A stretch of 34,700 nucleotides of DNA from a virus (taxonomy: Duplodnaviria; Caudoviricetes): the IMG/VR virus record IMGVR_UViG_3300022666_000343, positions 1-34,700 of that record; one strand, 5' to 3'. The position numbers were made by a program, and so were the translations under genes. The notes under the pieces are model-generated. The model searched no databases. It was given only the letters and a program-made list of their open reading frames with translations, and was not told where the DNA came from. Positions 33,483 to 34,700 of the stretch are shown here, piece by piece (within the stretch, counting starts at the first letter, position 1; every line of letters starts with the position of its first letter).

Positions 33483-34700
33483 TCATCGTTCACAATGAAT
33501 GAATGACCATTGCCAGTCCCCCTTGTCCATCGCTTCGATGCTGATGAGCCTGACCGCCCCTTTGAAGTGGGCCTTGTCCAGGATGCGTTGTTGCCGGCTC
33601 CGATCGCTTTCACTGACCAACACCAGCGCCAACGCCCCCATCAGCTCCAGCGACTTGAGCCACTTATCCAGCAGCCGTTCATTGACCTCTCGCTGTACCT
33701 CCACCGCCCACCGCCGGCCGTCGATAGTGGCCACCAGATCCGGTTCAGTGCGGATGCCCTGGGGATTATCCCCCTTGAGCACTGGGGCCGGCTCCGCGTC
33801 CACTTCATAGCCCTGCGCCCGCAGGTGATCGCGGGTCTCCAGGATCGCTACCCCATGCAGGACGCTCTTGTGCTGCTTCGCCATGACCAGCAGCTCCGAC
33901 TCCACCGGCGGCCGGCCGTAGGCTTGCTCATACCACGCCCGCCCCTGCTTGGTCAACATGACCAGCCGGCGCGCTCCCCCCACCGTCGTCGACCAGGTGA
34001 TCGGCTCGTTGGTCTTGGTATCCTTGAAATCCTTGATCAGCTCATCGTCGATCAACGCCTTGAAGACATTGCGCACCGTGTTCTCGTTCCGGGTCAGGCC
34101 GTCGTCCATGAGCTGCTGGATGATGCGCCAGGAGCGCCCCGCCCCCTCGGAGCCCATGAGATGCAACACCGCCTGGCTGACACCGCCGGCCACCTGAATC
34201 TGCGTCCCGGGAATTTCCAAAGTGGTCGCCCCGGTGGGCTTCCGCGCCTCCGCCCGCCGGCCGGCCTGGATCTTCCGCTGTAACGCTTCGTTCTCCGCCG
34301 TGAGCCGCTCCAGCTCCGCCCGGCTGCCGGCCAGTTCCTCTTGCAAAGCCACGACCCTGGCCTGCAACGCCTGCACTTCGGCACGATCTACGGCCAGCGG
34401 CGGCACCGGCAACGGCACAACCGGCAAGTCCGGGCCCGGGCGCTCCGGTGGGTCTTCGTAATGCTCCACCAGCAGCGCCAGGACATCGCGCAGCCCCATA
34501 AAGACCGTCGGCCAGGCATAGGCTCTGGCCGACGGTTTATAGTGCTGGTGAATGGCGTGTACATAGTGGCTGGCAGTCCAGCGAAAATTCTCGATCCGCT
34601 CCGGCGGCCGGCGGCGGGAGTGGCCCCGCGCTACCAAACGATAGGCACGGGTCAATAACTGGGTAACCTCTTCAAGTTGAGCCGTGGTAATTTTATCCAT
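33483..34700 (-). CDS. Replication-relaxation (Replic_Relax)-like protein: coiled coil + wHTH + PD-(D/E)xK-type domain
   Basis: Coiled coil at about aa 105-150; wHTH with LTKQGR; HGVAILE...EPDLVA...WAVEVQR pattern. Confidence 0.6.
   Translation of the reverse strand: MDKITTAQLEEVTQLLTRAYRLVARGHSRRRPPERIENFRWTASHYVHAIHQHYKPSARAYAWPTVFMGLRDVLALLVEHYEDPPERPGPDLPVVPLPVPPLAVDRAEVQALQARVVALQEELAGSRAELERLTAENEALQRKIQAGRRAEARKPTGATTLEIPGTQIQVAGGVSQAVLHLMGSEGAGRSWRIIQQLMDDGLTRNENTVRNVFKALIDDELIKDFKDTKTNEPITWSTTVGGARRLVMLTKQGRAWYEQAYGRPPVESELLVMAKQHKSVLHGVAILETRDHLRAQGYEVDAEPAPVLKGDNPQGIRTEPDLVATIDGRRWAVEVQREVNERLLDKWLKSLELMGALALVLVSESDRSRQQRILDKAHFKGAVRLISIEAMDKGDWQWSFIHCER

Larger units (their letters stand above)
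1..34700. mobile_element. Temperate siphovirus-like phage / phage-plasmid; boundaries not visible in the window
   Basis: Complete head-tail module plus plasmid-type partition, initiator and iteron origin. No host housekeeping protein genes in the window. Confidence 0.85.

Overview
The window is almost entirely one temperate, siphovirus-like element with plasmid-type maintenance genes, most consistent with a phage-plasmid. A Chloroflexota/Anaerolineae host is a tentative inference from protein style, not from a search. Left arm (+ strand, 1-8106): actin-like ParM, a small ParR-like gene, a membrane-anchored FtsK/TraB-like ATPase, a small polyproline membrane ORF and a DnaA-domain-I/winged-helix initiator. 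These are followed by a 22-bp-phased iteron origin and about 12 small accessory genes. Middle (- strand, 8635-30126): a complete HK97-type morphogenesis operon, with holin-like genes, HNH, terminases, portal, ClpP protease, capsid, head-tail genes, tail tube, a -1 frameshifted tail chaperone, tape measure and tail tip/fibre. No endolysin is recognisable. Right end: two paralogous Zn-finger genes pointing inward around a bacterial PH gene, an excisionase-like HTH and tRNA-Val(TAC), then an OB-fold gene, a Xer-like tyrosine recombinase and a replication-relaxation-family nuclease. Most notable: (i) virion genes co-occurring with ParMR, a TraB-like translocase and a relaxase-like gene; (ii) two 28-bp dif-like 11-6-11 sites bracketing a three-gene cassette; (iii) a predicted ~64-nt antisense RNA opposite the ftsK-rep leader; (iv) a structured, motif-rich non-coding block at 8107-8634. 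All product calls are motif and synteny recognition by eye; no database searches were run.
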